From sequence record OZ196212.1: DNA of 64,000 bases. One strand, given 5' to 3'. The position numbers and the translations under genes were made by a program. Positions 37,953 to 47,086 of the stretch are shown here, piece by piece. A model generated the notes under the pieces. It saw nothing but the letters and a program-made list of their open reading frames with translations. It was not told the origin of the DNA and searched no databases. Position 1 is the stretch's first letter; every line of letters starts with the position of its first letter.

Positions 37953-39326
37953 ATGATCATTGAATACGTTATGTCTGCTACTGGTCACGCTCGACTAGGC
38001 GCAGCACATAAACTAATGGATAAGGTCGATACGACTTATCTTCGTGACATTCTGAACGCTGCACAGAATCAAGACGGTGTACACAAAATCAGTATGCTAT
38101 ACAACGCATACACTGAAAAGAAAGTTGGACATCAAATCAACGATCTCTTTGGCGATGCTGTGTACAAAGTTCACGTCGATTCTGGTGGTCTACAGATTGT
38201 CAACTTGGGTTTAGACAACACACCAGAGCTTCGTAAAGCAGTTTACGAGAATCAAGCAGAGTCCGGTGATATCGGCATGTGCTTTGATGAAATCCCGCTG
38301 CACAATGAAGCGAAAGGCGGTGGCGCTGCTCGTATCAACACGAAAGACAAAGTATTCATGACTGATTTAGCATATGATTACGGTGTCAAGACTGGTGAGA
38401 ACATTCGAGCACAGATCGAGACATACATCGAAACTGGCAGTAAGTGCAAACCATACATCATTCTTCAAGGTAACTCAGACGAAGACTTCTTGAACTTCAG
38501 TGACGGCATTATGTCGCAACTTGAAGGCGTTGAAGACTACATCGCGGGCTGTGCTGCTGCCGATACATGTATTGGTAATGGCGTTCGTGAGTCTATCGAC
38601 ATGATGAGCGTCATTCGTAAGCTGAATATTCCAGAAAAAGCTAAGAAATCAGTGCATATGCTTGGGGTTGGCTCTGTTAAGCGTCTATTACCCGCTGTTG
38701 CTCTTATTCGAAGCGGTTACTTTGGTGATGACTTTCATATCAGTTACGATTCGAGCACGCACACTGGTTGTTTGACGAATCGTGAGTACACGGACAAGCT
38801 TGGTCGACGCAAGAAGATCAGTGGTCACGGCATCATGAAAGGTGACGTTAAGCAGCGTTCACGTGAGCTTGATGACATGCTAGATGAAGTGTACGGTCGT
38901 TTCGGTCACGTGTTACCGCGTGAGAAAGAAGAGTTCAAAGAGTTCGCAACTCGCTTGTGGCTAAAAGAACTCGACAAAGAAACGATGACTGACGAAGATA
39001 TCGTGTTTGAAGTTGCGTGTAACTTGTGTATAATCTTATCTCAAGTGAACAACTTCCAAGCTATCATTTCTGAGACGTTTGATCTAAACACACCGAAAGT
39101 CGCTGACTTATCAGCATTCTTCGGTGGCACAGTTGAAGAGAAAGCACCGCAGAGTGGATTCATGCACTGGTCAAGCATTCGCAGACTAACAGTGCTTGAT
39201 AAGCTGCTTGATGTTGACACAATCGAAGAGTATGATCGCTGGCACGCGTCGTACGTTGATCGACTACCGTCGATGCGTATTCGTCGTGGCGTGACTGCTG
39301 ATTATCCAGATTTCAAAGTACAATAG
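37953..39326 (+). CDS. TGT-superfamily deazaguanine transglycosylase (DpdA/DpdA2-like)
   Basis: DSGGLQ, FDEIP, ILQG, HMLGVG, YDSS; no CxCxxC zinc motif. Confidence 0.8.
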   Translation: MIIEYVMSATGHARLGAAHKLMDKVDTTYLRDILNAAQNQDGVHKISMLYNAYTEKKVGHQINDLFGDAVYKVHVDSGGLQIVNLGLDNTPELRKAVYENQAESGDIGMCFDEIPLHNEAKGGGAARINTKDKVFMTDLAYDYGVKTGENIRAQIETYIETGSKCKPYIILQGNSDEDFLNFSDGIMSQLEGVEDYIAGCAAADTCIGNGVRESIDMMSVIRKLNIPEKAKKSVHMLGVGSVKRLLPAVALIRSGYFGDDFHISYDSSTHTGCLTNREYTDKLGRRKKISGHGIMKGDVKQRSRELDDMLDEVYGRFGHVLPREKEEFKEFATRLWLKELDKETMTDEDIVFEVACNLCIILSQVNNFQAIISETFDLNTPKVADLSAFFGGTVEEKAPQSGFMHWSSIRRLTVLDKLLDVDTIEEYDRWHASYVDRLPSMRIRRGVTADYPDFKVQ

Positions 39327-39354
39327 CGCCTACGGGCGCTCTTATGAGGTAAAC

Positions 39355-40266
39355 ATGAGTTCAAATTATGATCAAGTGTCGGCTATTGCTGCTGAACACT
39401 TAGGTAAAAAAGCAGGCGATTACAGTGATTTCGTCGATATTGATACAGTACGCCCCGATTTGCTAGTGCCAATCCCGCGTGAGCTGAATCGTACTGACTA
39501 CGACATCACTAATGAAACGTTCGTCGGCTTTGATACATGGCATGGCTTTGAAGTGTCAGCACTGACAGAACAAGGTCTACCCGTCTCTGGCATGGCGAAA
39601 GTCGTATACCCGAGCGATAGTCCGAACATCGTTGAAAGTAAGTCGATGAAACTGTACTGGAATAGCTTCAACATGGCTAAGATTGGTACTGATCGCAATG
39701 GCGTTATGCACGCTATCCAGGTTATTGCATCACGCGACTTGTCAACTATCATCGGTGCACCAGTTCAAGTGACGTTCTTCACTGAGCGCAACACGCATCC
39801 GCATGGTATGACTGGTTATGCTGAACTTGACAAGTACGTTTCTGATGAAGCAGTGTTCGATTCTGAGCAAGGTGCTGATGCTGATATTCTTGTCGCGTCG
39901 CACGTTAAGCGCATGAACGTGTTCACTCCGAATCTGCGTAGTAACTGTCGTGTTACACATCAACCCGATTTCGGTGATTTGTACATCTTCATGCAAGGTG
40001 AATCAACACCAACGGTTGATAGCTTAATGCAATACATCGTGTCTTTCCGTAAAGAGAATCACTTTCACGAAGAATGTGTGGAAATGATCTACAAAGCGTT
40101 GCAAGACAAGTTCAATCCAGACGATCTAATGGTCACAGCGTTGTATACGCGTCGTGGTGGTTGGAATATCTGTCCCGCTCGTGCGTCAAGCATTGAGCTG
40201 TTACCGTCGGCTCTAAGTAGTTCTGCGGTCTCGCACACTAACGGTTCTTGTTTATTCCGTCAGTAA
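39355..40266 (+). CDS. queF: preQ0 reductase, bimodular
   Basis: VESKSMKLYWNSF, NLRSNCRVTHQPDFG, FHEECVE, TRRGG. Confidence 0.95.
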   Translation: MSSNYDQVSAIAAEHLGKKAGDYSDFVDIDTVRPDLLVPIPRELNRTDYDITNETFVGFDTWHGFEVSALTEQGLPVSGMAKVVYPSDSPNIVESKSMKLYWNSFNMAKIGTDRNGVMHAIQVIASRDLSTIIGAPVQVTFFTERNTHPHGMTGYAELDKYVSDEAVFDSEQGADADILVASHVKRMNVFTPNLRSNCRVTHQPDFGDLYIFMQGESTPTVDSLMQYIVSFRKENHFHEECVEMIYKALQDKFNPDDLMVTALYTRRGGWNICPARASSIELLPSALSSSAVSHTNGSCLFRQ

Positions 40267-40322
40267 TAAGAGATATAATGAGCATTCAATAGTGAGTGCT
40301 CATATACTTGAGAGGTTATAAA

Positions 40323-41039
40323 ATGAAAGTAGTATCAGTTCTAAGCGGTGGCTTAGACTCAACAATCCTTACATACAAATTAGTAGACGAATACGGTGCC
40401 GACAATGTGTTTGCATTATCGTTCTTCTATGGTCAAAAGCAGTCAATTGAGCTAGAAAAAGCTAAGTTGACCTGTCAAAAGCTCGGTATCGAGCATCGTC
40501 TAATCGACATTTCATTTCTAGGTGATGTAGTTGCTCCAGTGTGTGCAAACATTGTCGGTAGTGATTTAGCAATGCCGACTATTCAAGACGTTCTAGGCGA
40601 CCCTCAGCCGCCAACTGAAGTCCCATATCGTAACATGCTGTTGAACACAGTAGCATTCAGCTTTGCGCAAGCTAACGGCTGTCAAGCTGTGTACACTGGT
40701 ATTCAAGTGCATGACGCATACGGTTACTGGGATTGCACACAAGATTTCTTAGATGGCATGAATCAGATTTCAAGTCTGAATCGTCAGCATGAGATTGCGC
40801 TTGTTGCACCATTTGCTCAGATGTCAAAAGCAGATGAAATCGCGATTGGTGTTAAGCTTGGCGTGCCGTTCGAAGATAGCTTAACGTGCTATGACCCGAA
40901 CGATGCAGGTGAAAGCTGCGGCAAATGCCCGTCATGTGCTGAACGCATCATGAACTTCGGCAAAGCAGGTATCAAAGACCCTGCACCGTACTCAGTAGAC
41001 GTGCCGTGGGATCAAGTGTTCGCTAAGGCAGGTGTTTAA
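40323..41039 (+). CDS. queC: preQ0 synthase
   Basis: SGGLDS, YGQK, VPYRN, Y.DC, TCY..CGKCPSC; start ATG 40323. Confidence 0.95.
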   Translation: MKVVSVLSGGLDSTILTYKLVDEYGADNVFALSFFYGQKQSIELEKAKLTCQKLGIEHRLIDISFLGDVVAPVCANIVGSDLAMPTIQDVLGDPQPPTEVPYRNMLLNTVAFSFAQANGCQAVYTGIQVHDAYGYWDCTQDFLDGMNQISSLNRQHEIALVAPFAQMSKADEIAIGVKLGVPFEDSLTCYDPNDAGESCGKCPSCAERIMNFGKAGIKDPAPYSVDVPWDQVFAKAGV

Positions 41040-41644
41040 TGTGCGGTCTATTCGCTGCGAAAACTAAAAAGGCGCTAGTTGAACTAGCGCAACATAACAT
41101 GCATCGTGGTTCACGTACGCACTCAGTGACTGGCATTAAAGGCGGTCATTTGTATGTCAATCGATATGACGGTGAGTTCAGTGCTGACAATGTACCAGAC
41201 GGGTATGACTTCTATATCTGTCACGTGCAAGCACCGACTAGTGCTCACGCAAAGGCACACCCCGCAGTTGTTTTACGCTCAGAGGGCAGACGTAACTTTG
41301 CATCATGCGTATGGCACAATGGCATTCTGAAAGACGACTACATGAAAAAGCAGCGATATGATTGGGACACCAGACACATCGCAGACACGTTCCCGCAATC
41401 GCTCGACGAGTACGATGGGACGGTTGCTTGTTTTTACTACGCACTGCGCGAATTAAGCGTGTTTCGTAATGAGATCAGTCCACTGTTCATGAGCGAAGAT
41501 GGCGATGCTTTCAGTAGCACACGAACAATCATAACTCCCGACGCACTTGAACCAAATAAAGTGTTTAACATCGACCTAACGTCGTTTAAAATGTCGCTTG
41601 TTAGAGAGTTCAAAACAGTAGAAAATCCATATTTCTTTTTATGA
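41039..41644 (+). CDS. stand-alone class II (Ntn) glutamine amidotransferase domain
   Basis: N-terminal MCGLF, HRG, HVQAPT, HP, WHNG; coupled to queC. Confidence 0.85.
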   Translation: MCGLFAAKTKKALVELAQHNMHRGSRTHSVTGIKGGHLYVNRYDGEFSADNVPDGYDFYICHVQAPTSAHAKAHPAVVLRSEGRRNFASCVWHNGILKDDYMKKQRYDWDTRHIADTFPQSLDEYDGTVACFYYALRELSVFRNEISPLFMSEDGDAFSSTRTIITPDALEPNKVFNIDLTSFKMSLVREFKTVENPYFFL

Positions 41645-41653
41645 GGTAACATC

Positions 41654-41941
41654 ATGATTGATACAAACATCGACGACTTGCTGAAGACTGGCATTGTCGA
41701 ATTCGAATTTGAAAAGGCTGATGGATCAGTCAAGACCGTGAAAGGCACGCGTGACTTGTCGTGTATCGCGGAAGAATTTCATCCGAAACCACGTCCAGTT
41801 AAGCTAGACGAAGACGGTAACGAAATCAAGTACGAAAAGACCGAGAAGCAGAAAGCGACTTGTGGTTACTTTGACGTTGACGCGCAAGGCTGGCGTTCGT
41901 TCAAGCGTGCAAATCTAATCAAAGTTGTTTCGTATGACTAA
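41654..41941 (+). CDS. WYL-like (DUF2693-type) SH3-fold protein
   Basis: FEFEKADGS..KGT..YFDVDAQGWRSF. Confidence 0.8.
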   Translation: MIDTNIDDLLKTGIVEFEFEKADGSVKTVKGTRDLSCIAEEFHPKPRPVKLDEDGNEIKYEKTEKQKATCGYFDVDAQGWRSFKRANLIKVVSYD

Positions 41942-42140
41942 CGCATCACTCGGTGCGTTTGCTAGAGTCGGCACTGCAATTATTCACGTCAAATCTGGCG
42001 GCGAATATGTAGTATTGCACGTCGGCAAAGCGAAAGTAAACGGTGAGTGGGTAGAAGCGATTACGTACACGAATCAAAACGGTGAAGTATTCACACGAAC
42101 AGTCGATGACTTTCGTGGATTCGAATTAGCACTAATCTAA
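41934..42140 (+). CDS. DUF1653-like protein
   Basis: HVKSGGEY.V...Y.N..GEVFTR...F. Confidence 0.7.
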   Translation: MTNASLGAFARVGTAIIHVKSGGEYVVLHVGKAKVNGEWVEAITYTNQNGEVFTRTVDDFRGFELALI

Positions 42141-42155
42141 TGTGAGAAATATATA

Positions 42156-42362
42156 ATGGCTACAGACAAAGAACTTGTTGATGAAGTAAACGACTACTGG
42201 ATTGGTTGGGATGGTCGTGGTGACAATCCCGTTGAGTACGATCTGGAACACGGTCCCATGCGTAAGAAAATGCGTGACTTCATCGAACGCAAGAAAGTAA
42301 CTGACCAACGCACGGCTGAATTTGAAGAAGTGCGCAACAAATATAAAAGGCGTGAAAAATGA
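42156..42362 (+). CDS. hypothetical protein
   Basis: ORF. Confidence 0.7.
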   Translation: MATDKELVDEVNDYWIGWDGRGDNPVEYDLEHGPMRKKMRDFIERKKVTDQRTAEFEEVRNKYKRREK

Positions 42363-42694
42363 CATTACAAGCATTTGCTCAAGGTGAGCAAGTTATTATC
42401 GATACTAAAGCAGTACGTGAGGGTGAAGAACTATTCTCCGCAGGTGGTATCGCACTAGGTCGAGCAACACAAGGTGAAGTGCCGCTACACGGTCGCGTTA
42501 TCTCTGTGGGTGATGAAGTAGACACAGATGTTATTGACGTTGGTGATTCAGTTCTGTTGCCTCAAGGCAATATGAAAAACGTTCCCGACCCACGTATCAT
42601 CAAGGGTGAAATCAAGCCAGATGCTGATGATCGCGAACTGTGGGTTCATACACACTACAAAAACATCGCAGTTGTATACCGCGACGAGGGCTAA
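42359..42694 (+). CDS. 31: head assembly co-chaperonin gp31 (GroES-like)
   Basis: GEQVII, GGIALG, GRVISVG, VGDSVLLP, VPDP, THYKNI. Confidence 0.92.
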   Translation: MTLQAFAQGEQVIIDTKAVREGEELFSAGGIALGRATQGEVPLHGRVISVGDEVDTDVIDVGDSVLLPQGNMKNVPDPRIIKGEIKPDADDRELWVHTHYKNIAVVYRDEG

Positions 42695-42696
42695 CA

Positions 42697-43101
42697 ATGA
42701 ACGACAATACACGTCTTATCGAAGTGACCGCAACTGGTCACTATAGCAACGCAACTGAGACACAAACGTGTTTCGTGACTACCGAGTTCATCGAGAAGTA
42801 CAGCGATGCAATCGACACATTCACATACTCGTTCCATGAGCTTGACGGCAAGCATTCAGAGACTGAAGCCGATATTCATATCGTTGAAGAAGTTAAAGAA
42901 ATGGCGCTATCATGGGCTGATTCACGCGGTGAGCATTGGGCGATTACTGAAGTAATGTTCGATCACATTCGCGGCTATGCTGATGAAGTTGATGAAGAAG
43001 ATTTCGCAGCGATGATTTCACTGAACGAAGACATGAACAACACGATTGAAGTACGCACGCGCACTGAAATCACAATCGGTACTGAAACAATTACCGTATA
43101 A
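42697..43101 (+). CDS. acidic hypothetical protein
   Basis: start ATG 42697. Confidence 0.75.
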   Translation: MNDNTRLIEVTATGHYSNATETQTCFVTTEFIEKYSDAIDTFTYSFHELDGKHSETEADIHIVEEVKEMALSWADSRGEHWAITEVMFDHIRGYADEVDEEDFAAMISLNEDMNNTIEVRTRTEITIGTETITV

Positions 43102-43107
43102 AACGAC

Positions 43108-43134
43108 AAAAGGGAGCTAATTGCTCCCTTTTTT
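43108..43134. terminator. bidirectional terminator
   Basis: aaaagggagc-taatt-gctccctttttt. Confidence 0.88.
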
Positions 43135-43138
43135 AGGT

Positions 43139-44119
43139 CTATTGTGACTGCTCTTCTGCAAGCCTCGCTTGATAATCAGCTTTCGATTCTGCTTCAATCA
43201 TGCTGTAGCCATTCAAACCCTCTGCACAATAACGTCTAAACGTCTCATGATTCAGACCCGCACCGTCAGACTTCGCACACGCTTGTACCGTTCCTGTGTG
43301 TTCTCTACCGTCAGGCGAGACATAACGACGAGGTCGTTTAGTGTTTTCAAGTGTCCACTTACCATCAATCTTGAGAATGTCACCTGAACGCAATCGCGAT
43401 AAGTGACTCGGGAAAAGCCCAAGTTCGATTGCCTGTTGATTCTGATTTGTAATCACTACCGTTTCATTAGTCTCAGTGTTCAGAATCGTGTACGGCTTCA
43501 CTACTCGATGCGCTTGACCTCTACGATGCGCTTCGCGTCGTTCTTCTGTCCATTCTGCCGGAGAGCGACCAATCTCCCAGCCACTGTCTAGATATTCTTG
43601 CACATCGTCAGGCGCAACATATTTGGTTCGTTGCCCGAGTTTATACATCACTTGATGGTCGACTGTGTGTTCGTTGTGAATGAAGTTGCTCTCCATTTCA
43701 AATCTGACCGCGTCTGACACATCTTCCCAACACGCGGCAGTGAAGTTACCACCACACTGTTTGTTCAGATACACGTCACTGCGAACAGCATCAAGTTCGA
43801 TTTGAAGCATCGCTTCAGCAAACAACGTCTTGCCCCATGAATCATGACAAGACACGATTCGAAACTCATCAATCACAATACCCTGTGCGTGCATTTCATT
43901 AACGTGCTTTGAACTACTAGTGTACGATCTCCAATTAGACTCGCGAAACGGCTTCTTTGGTAGCTTCTTGTATGATGCAGGCGTTCTCTTCATAGACACC
44001 CATATTTTCTTAGCACCTATATACTTTTTACCGTTACTCATTGTCAGTACATAGACAAAGCCTAGATATTGTTTAGGGTCGATTTCAAATTCACATACCC
44101 AATGACCATATTCAAACAT
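43139..44119 (-). mobile_element. Seg-like GIY-YIG endonuclease, probably homing
   Basis: GFVYVL..GKKYIGAK, ESNWRSYTSSS, YLNK; antisense; late promoter. Confidence 0.8.
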
Positions 44120-44149
44120 TTTCTTTCTCTTGTGTTATTTGTGTAATAG

Positions 44150-44157
44150 TATTTATA
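44150..44157 (-). promoter_or_regulatory. T4 late promoter TATAAATA
   Basis: perfect consensus. Confidence 0.85.
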
Positions 44158-44228
44158 ATTATGTATTTCATGTTTGACACAATACAGAAAGTATGTAATA
44201 ATTCAGAAGCACTTTGAAAGAGGAACGC

Positions 44229-44492
44229 ATGATGAAAACAACACAGTATCATCGAATATTGCTTGAAACACTCGCGATTGACTTTTTTAGCAACGTTGAA
44301 GTCTCGTACAGTGAAGACGGCAGCGAAACGTACACGTCTGGAACTACTAAGTTTCAGTTCAACGACGCGGTCGAAATCTGCATTATGACTAAAGCAGGTA
44401 CACCACTCAACACCACAGATGAGACGAAAATCGAAGTCGTCATCAATTCGTTATTAGAAAAAGCTCGTGAAGAGCGTTACATGGGAATTTAG
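44229..44492 (+). CDS. hypothetical protein
   Basis: start ATG 44229 behind GAGGA. Confidence 0.7.
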   Translation: MMKTTQYHRILLETLAIDFFSNVEVSYSEDGSETYTSGTTKFQFNDAVEICIMTKAGTPLNTTDETKIEVVINSLLEKAREERYMGI

Positions 44493-44496
44493 AAAC

Positions 44497-45483
44497 ATGT
44501 TTGTGAAATACAGATCATTGGAAAACAGCTACCGCCAGAAGTTCGTTGACAAATGTGCCGAGCTTGGCATCGATGAGTGGGTAGCACTTGAGAAACTACA
44601 CGGTGCGAACTTTGGTTTCATCGTAGCTGTAGACGAAACGGAACTCACTGTAGAAGCGTTCAAACGCACGTCAACGCTCGAAGCGAATGCGACGGGTGAT
44701 TACGACTTCTACGGCTGTACAGCTCTTGTAGAAGCACACAAGAGCAAAATGAAGCTAATCAGCGATTGGGTTTGGGGTCACTTGATGATTGAAGACGGTG
44801 AACCAGTCATCGTGTACGGTGAGCTTGCAGGTAAAGGCGTGCAGAAAGAAGTGAACTACGGTGAAAAAGACTTCTACGCGTTCGATATCTACTTGCCGAA
44901 GCGTGATCGCTATCTCGATTGGGATGACGTTCAAGCAGCATGTAAGTTCGCTGAAGTGAATACCACCAACGAAATCGCTCGTGGTAAACTTGACAAGCTA
45001 CTTGGCATCGACCCGCTGTTCCGTTCAACTCACACGCCGAAAGGTATCGAGGGTGAGAACTGGGCTGAGGGCTTCGTCGTTAAGCAACTGAAAAACGAAA
45101 AGCTATTCTCTACTGGTCAGCGTGCTATCTTGAAAGTGAAGAACGAACGCTTCAAAGAGAAGAAGAACAAAGCAGGCAAAGTACCAAAGGCACCTGTTCA
45201 ATACACTGAAGAGCAAGCGAAATTACACGCTGAAATGAGCCTGTATCTTACTGAAAATCGTCTGAAAAACGTTCTAAGTAAGTTAGAGACTGTTACACAG
45301 AAACAGTTCGGGATGGTCAGTGGATTGCTTCTAAAAGACGCGAAAGATGAGTTCGAGCGCGATGAGCGTGATGAAGTCTCTATCGTGCGCGACGATTGGG
45401 ATGTGATCAGACGTTCGTTGTCTAATCTAGCTAATGAAATCGTGAGAAAGAATTGGCTAAACATTCTCGATGGTGAGTTCTAG
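44497..45483 (+). CDS. rnlB: RNA ligase 2
   Basis: KYRSLEN, EKLHGANF, YGELAG, FDI, EGFVVK, KVKNERFKE. Confidence 0.95.
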   Translation: MFVKYRSLENSYRQKFVDKCAELGIDEWVALEKLHGANFGFIVAVDETELTVEAFKRTSTLEANATGDYDFYGCTALVEAHKSKMKLISDWVWGHLMIEDGEPVIVYGELAGKGVQKEVNYGEKDFYAFDIYLPKRDRYLDWDDVQAACKFAEVNTTNEIARGKLDKLLGIDPLFRSTHTPKGIEGENWAEGFVVKQLKNEKLFSTGQRAILKVKNERFKEKKNKAGKVPKAPVQYTEEQAKLHAEMSLYLTENRLKNVLSKLETVTQKQFGMVSGLLLKDAKDEFERDERDEVSIVRDDWDVIRRSLSNLANEIVRKNWLNILDGEF

Positions 45484-45503
45484 CACCCGAGAAAGGGGTT
45501 GCC

Positions 45504-45692
45504 TTGAAAAAGCGTCATATATTTCTATTGACGTGCGTGTGTGGAGCAATAGCATACTTCGCTGTGCTATTCTTCGCGGCATTATTGTACGCAGGTACAA
45601 TAGAATTTGCATTATCATTCGTGGTAATCGTATTCATCGCCTTGCTAAATATAGTAAGAGCTGAAATACAAAATAACGACAAAGCTCCGTAA
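45504..45692 (+). CDS. two-TM membrane protein
   Basis: hydrophobic ORF; start uncertain. Confidence 0.5.
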   Translation: MKKRHIFLLTCVCGAIAYFAVLFFAALLYAGTIEFALSFVVIVFIALLNIVRAEIQNNDKAP

Positions 45693-45704
45693 GGGGCTTT
45701 TTTT
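45681..45704 (+). terminator. intrinsic terminator
   Basis: agctcc-GTAA-ggggct plus T-run. Confidence 0.75.
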
Positions 45705-45718
45705 ATGCGAGAAGTAAA

Positions 45719-46312
45719 ATGAAAAAATTCAACGAGTTCGCGAAAGAACTGGAAGAAGCAGCAACTGACATCGTGTATCACGGTACGTCACTGAGTCGAG
45801 CTATTGAAATATTGTCTACTGACAAGTTCAGATTGAGTGATGCTAAAGGCAGTTGGTCAGATGACACAGACACTGAGATCAACCAGAAGCAAGGCAAAGA
45901 CAAGCGATACTACTTGTCAACTGCACGTAGTGCAACTAGCCCGTACATCAATGACCTAGACACGATGATTGACTCGACCACGGCTGACGTTCTCTTTGTC
46001 ATTGATGGTCGCAAGATTAGCCACAACCACAGAACGAAAGCAGTTGACTACGGTCGCGGTGAATATGCATCGGACTATGGTAATGAGCTTGAAGATCGCG
46101 TGTTCAGCAAAAAGCCAGTGATTGATAATGCCTCTAAGTACATCAAAGAAGCACACGTATGGAAGAAATTCTCTAGCAGTTCGTCACACGGCGAGTCGAT
46201 ACTAGAGAAGTTCCTATCTCAAGCAAAGAGAAAAGGGATTCGCGTGTGGGTGTATGATAATCAACGCGATTGGCAGTCTATGAACAAGAAAAGGGCTGTC
46301 TTCACTCAATAA
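45719..46312 (+). CDS. ADP-ribosyltransferase-fold protein with internal-protein-like leader
   Basis: VYHGTS, YLSTAR, NELEDR; MKKFNEFAKELEE leader. Confidence 0.65.
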   Translation: MKKFNEFAKELEEAATDIVYHGTSLSRAIEILSTDKFRLSDAKGSWSDDTDTEINQKQGKDKRYYLSTARSATSPYINDLDTMIDSTTADVLFVIDGRKISHNHRTKAVDYGRGEYASDYGNELEDRVFSKKPVIDNASKYIKEAHVWKKFSSSSSHGESILEKFLSQAKRKGIRVWVYDNQRDWQSMNKKRAVFTQ

Positions 46313-46321
46313 GAGAGCAAC

Positions 46322-46879
46322 ATGGCATTTTTGAATAGAAAAGAATTGGATACAAGTGAGATAACCGAAGCTGATATGCAATACGCGATTGCAGTGCAGA
46401 GTGTATGGATCAACAAGCGATACACAGCGATGATACCGAACTGTTTCACCACAGTGACACACGACAACGAAGCTGACTTGTATGGCATTCGACCAAGTGG
46501 TCTATGTGATGAGATTGAAATCAAGGTATCGAAAGCTGATTTCCGTATCGATGAGAAGAAAACAGTCAAAGTATTAGACGAAGCCGCACCAACACGTTGG
46601 AATCGATACACAGACGTTCTCAAACGCACAGCATTGACCGATGGCAACATGAGCAACTACTTCTGGTATGCTTTCCCTAAAGGGCTTGTAGACCACGCAG
46701 ACGTTCCAGATTGGGCAGGCATCATTGAAGTAGATGGCTTACTGAATGCTCATGAAGTAAGAATGCCAAAGCGACTTCATGGTAGAAAGCTGTCAATCGA
46801 AGAACAACTCAAGCAAATCAAGAAGCTTGGTTACCGATTCTGGAATCTAGTCAAGAAGAACAAATCAAAAGCCCCTTAA
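46322..46879 (+). CDS. MmcB-like PD-(D/E)xK nuclease-fold protein
   Basis: EADLYGI..EIEIKVSKADF..NYFWYAFP. Confidence 0.8.
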   Translation: MAFLNRKELDTSEITEADMQYAIAVQSVWINKRYTAMIPNCFTTVTHDNEADLYGIRPSGLCDEIEIKVSKADFRIDEKKTVKVLDEAAPTRWNRYTDVLKRTALTDGNMSNYFWYAFPKGLVDHADVPDWAGIIEVDGLLNAHEVRMPKRLHGRKLSIEEQLKQIKKLGYRFWNLVKKNKSKAP

Positions 46880-46892
46880 ATGGGGTTTTTTT
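46869..46892 (+). terminator. intrinsic terminator
   Basis: gcccc-ttaaat-ggggt plus T-run. Confidence 0.85.
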
Positions 46893-46920
46893 AGGTCTAG
46901 CGTTAGCGAAAGGAAATGGT

Positions 46921-46998
46921 GAGCCGGAAAAATTCCGTCTCATCTTAGTAGAATTAGTAGTTTTAGTGAAGTTAGTGGTATTAGAGATATTAGAAGTG
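46921..46998. repeat. 9-bp-periodic cassette, copy 2
   Basis: 20-bp anchor 46932-46951; TTAG at 46945, 46954, 46963, 46972, 46981, 46990. Confidence 0.9.
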
Positions 46999-47005
46999 AA
47001 TTAAT

Positions 47006-47047
47006 TCAACAAATTTGTTGACAACTCTGAATACTTGATGCTAATAT
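47006..47047 (+). promoter_or_regulatory. early promoter with a 16-bp palindrome over -35
   Basis: TCAACAAATTTGTTGA 47006-47021; TTGACA-18-TAATAT. Confidence 0.7.
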
Positions 47048-47086
47048 ACAGACTCTTGAAACGAAGAAGTATTTTTGTGAGGTTCT

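Noticed and set aside
40278-40322. preQ1 riboswitch upstream of queC
   Set aside because: The loop starts UUC and could pair with UUGAG near the RBS, but the A-rich tail is missing and the 5' arm overlaps the -10 of the proximal promoter; treated as an IR promoter. An Rfam search and ligand probing would settle it.
36236-41644. queE within the cluster
   Set aside because: No radical-SAM CxxxCxxC ORF in or beside the cluster.
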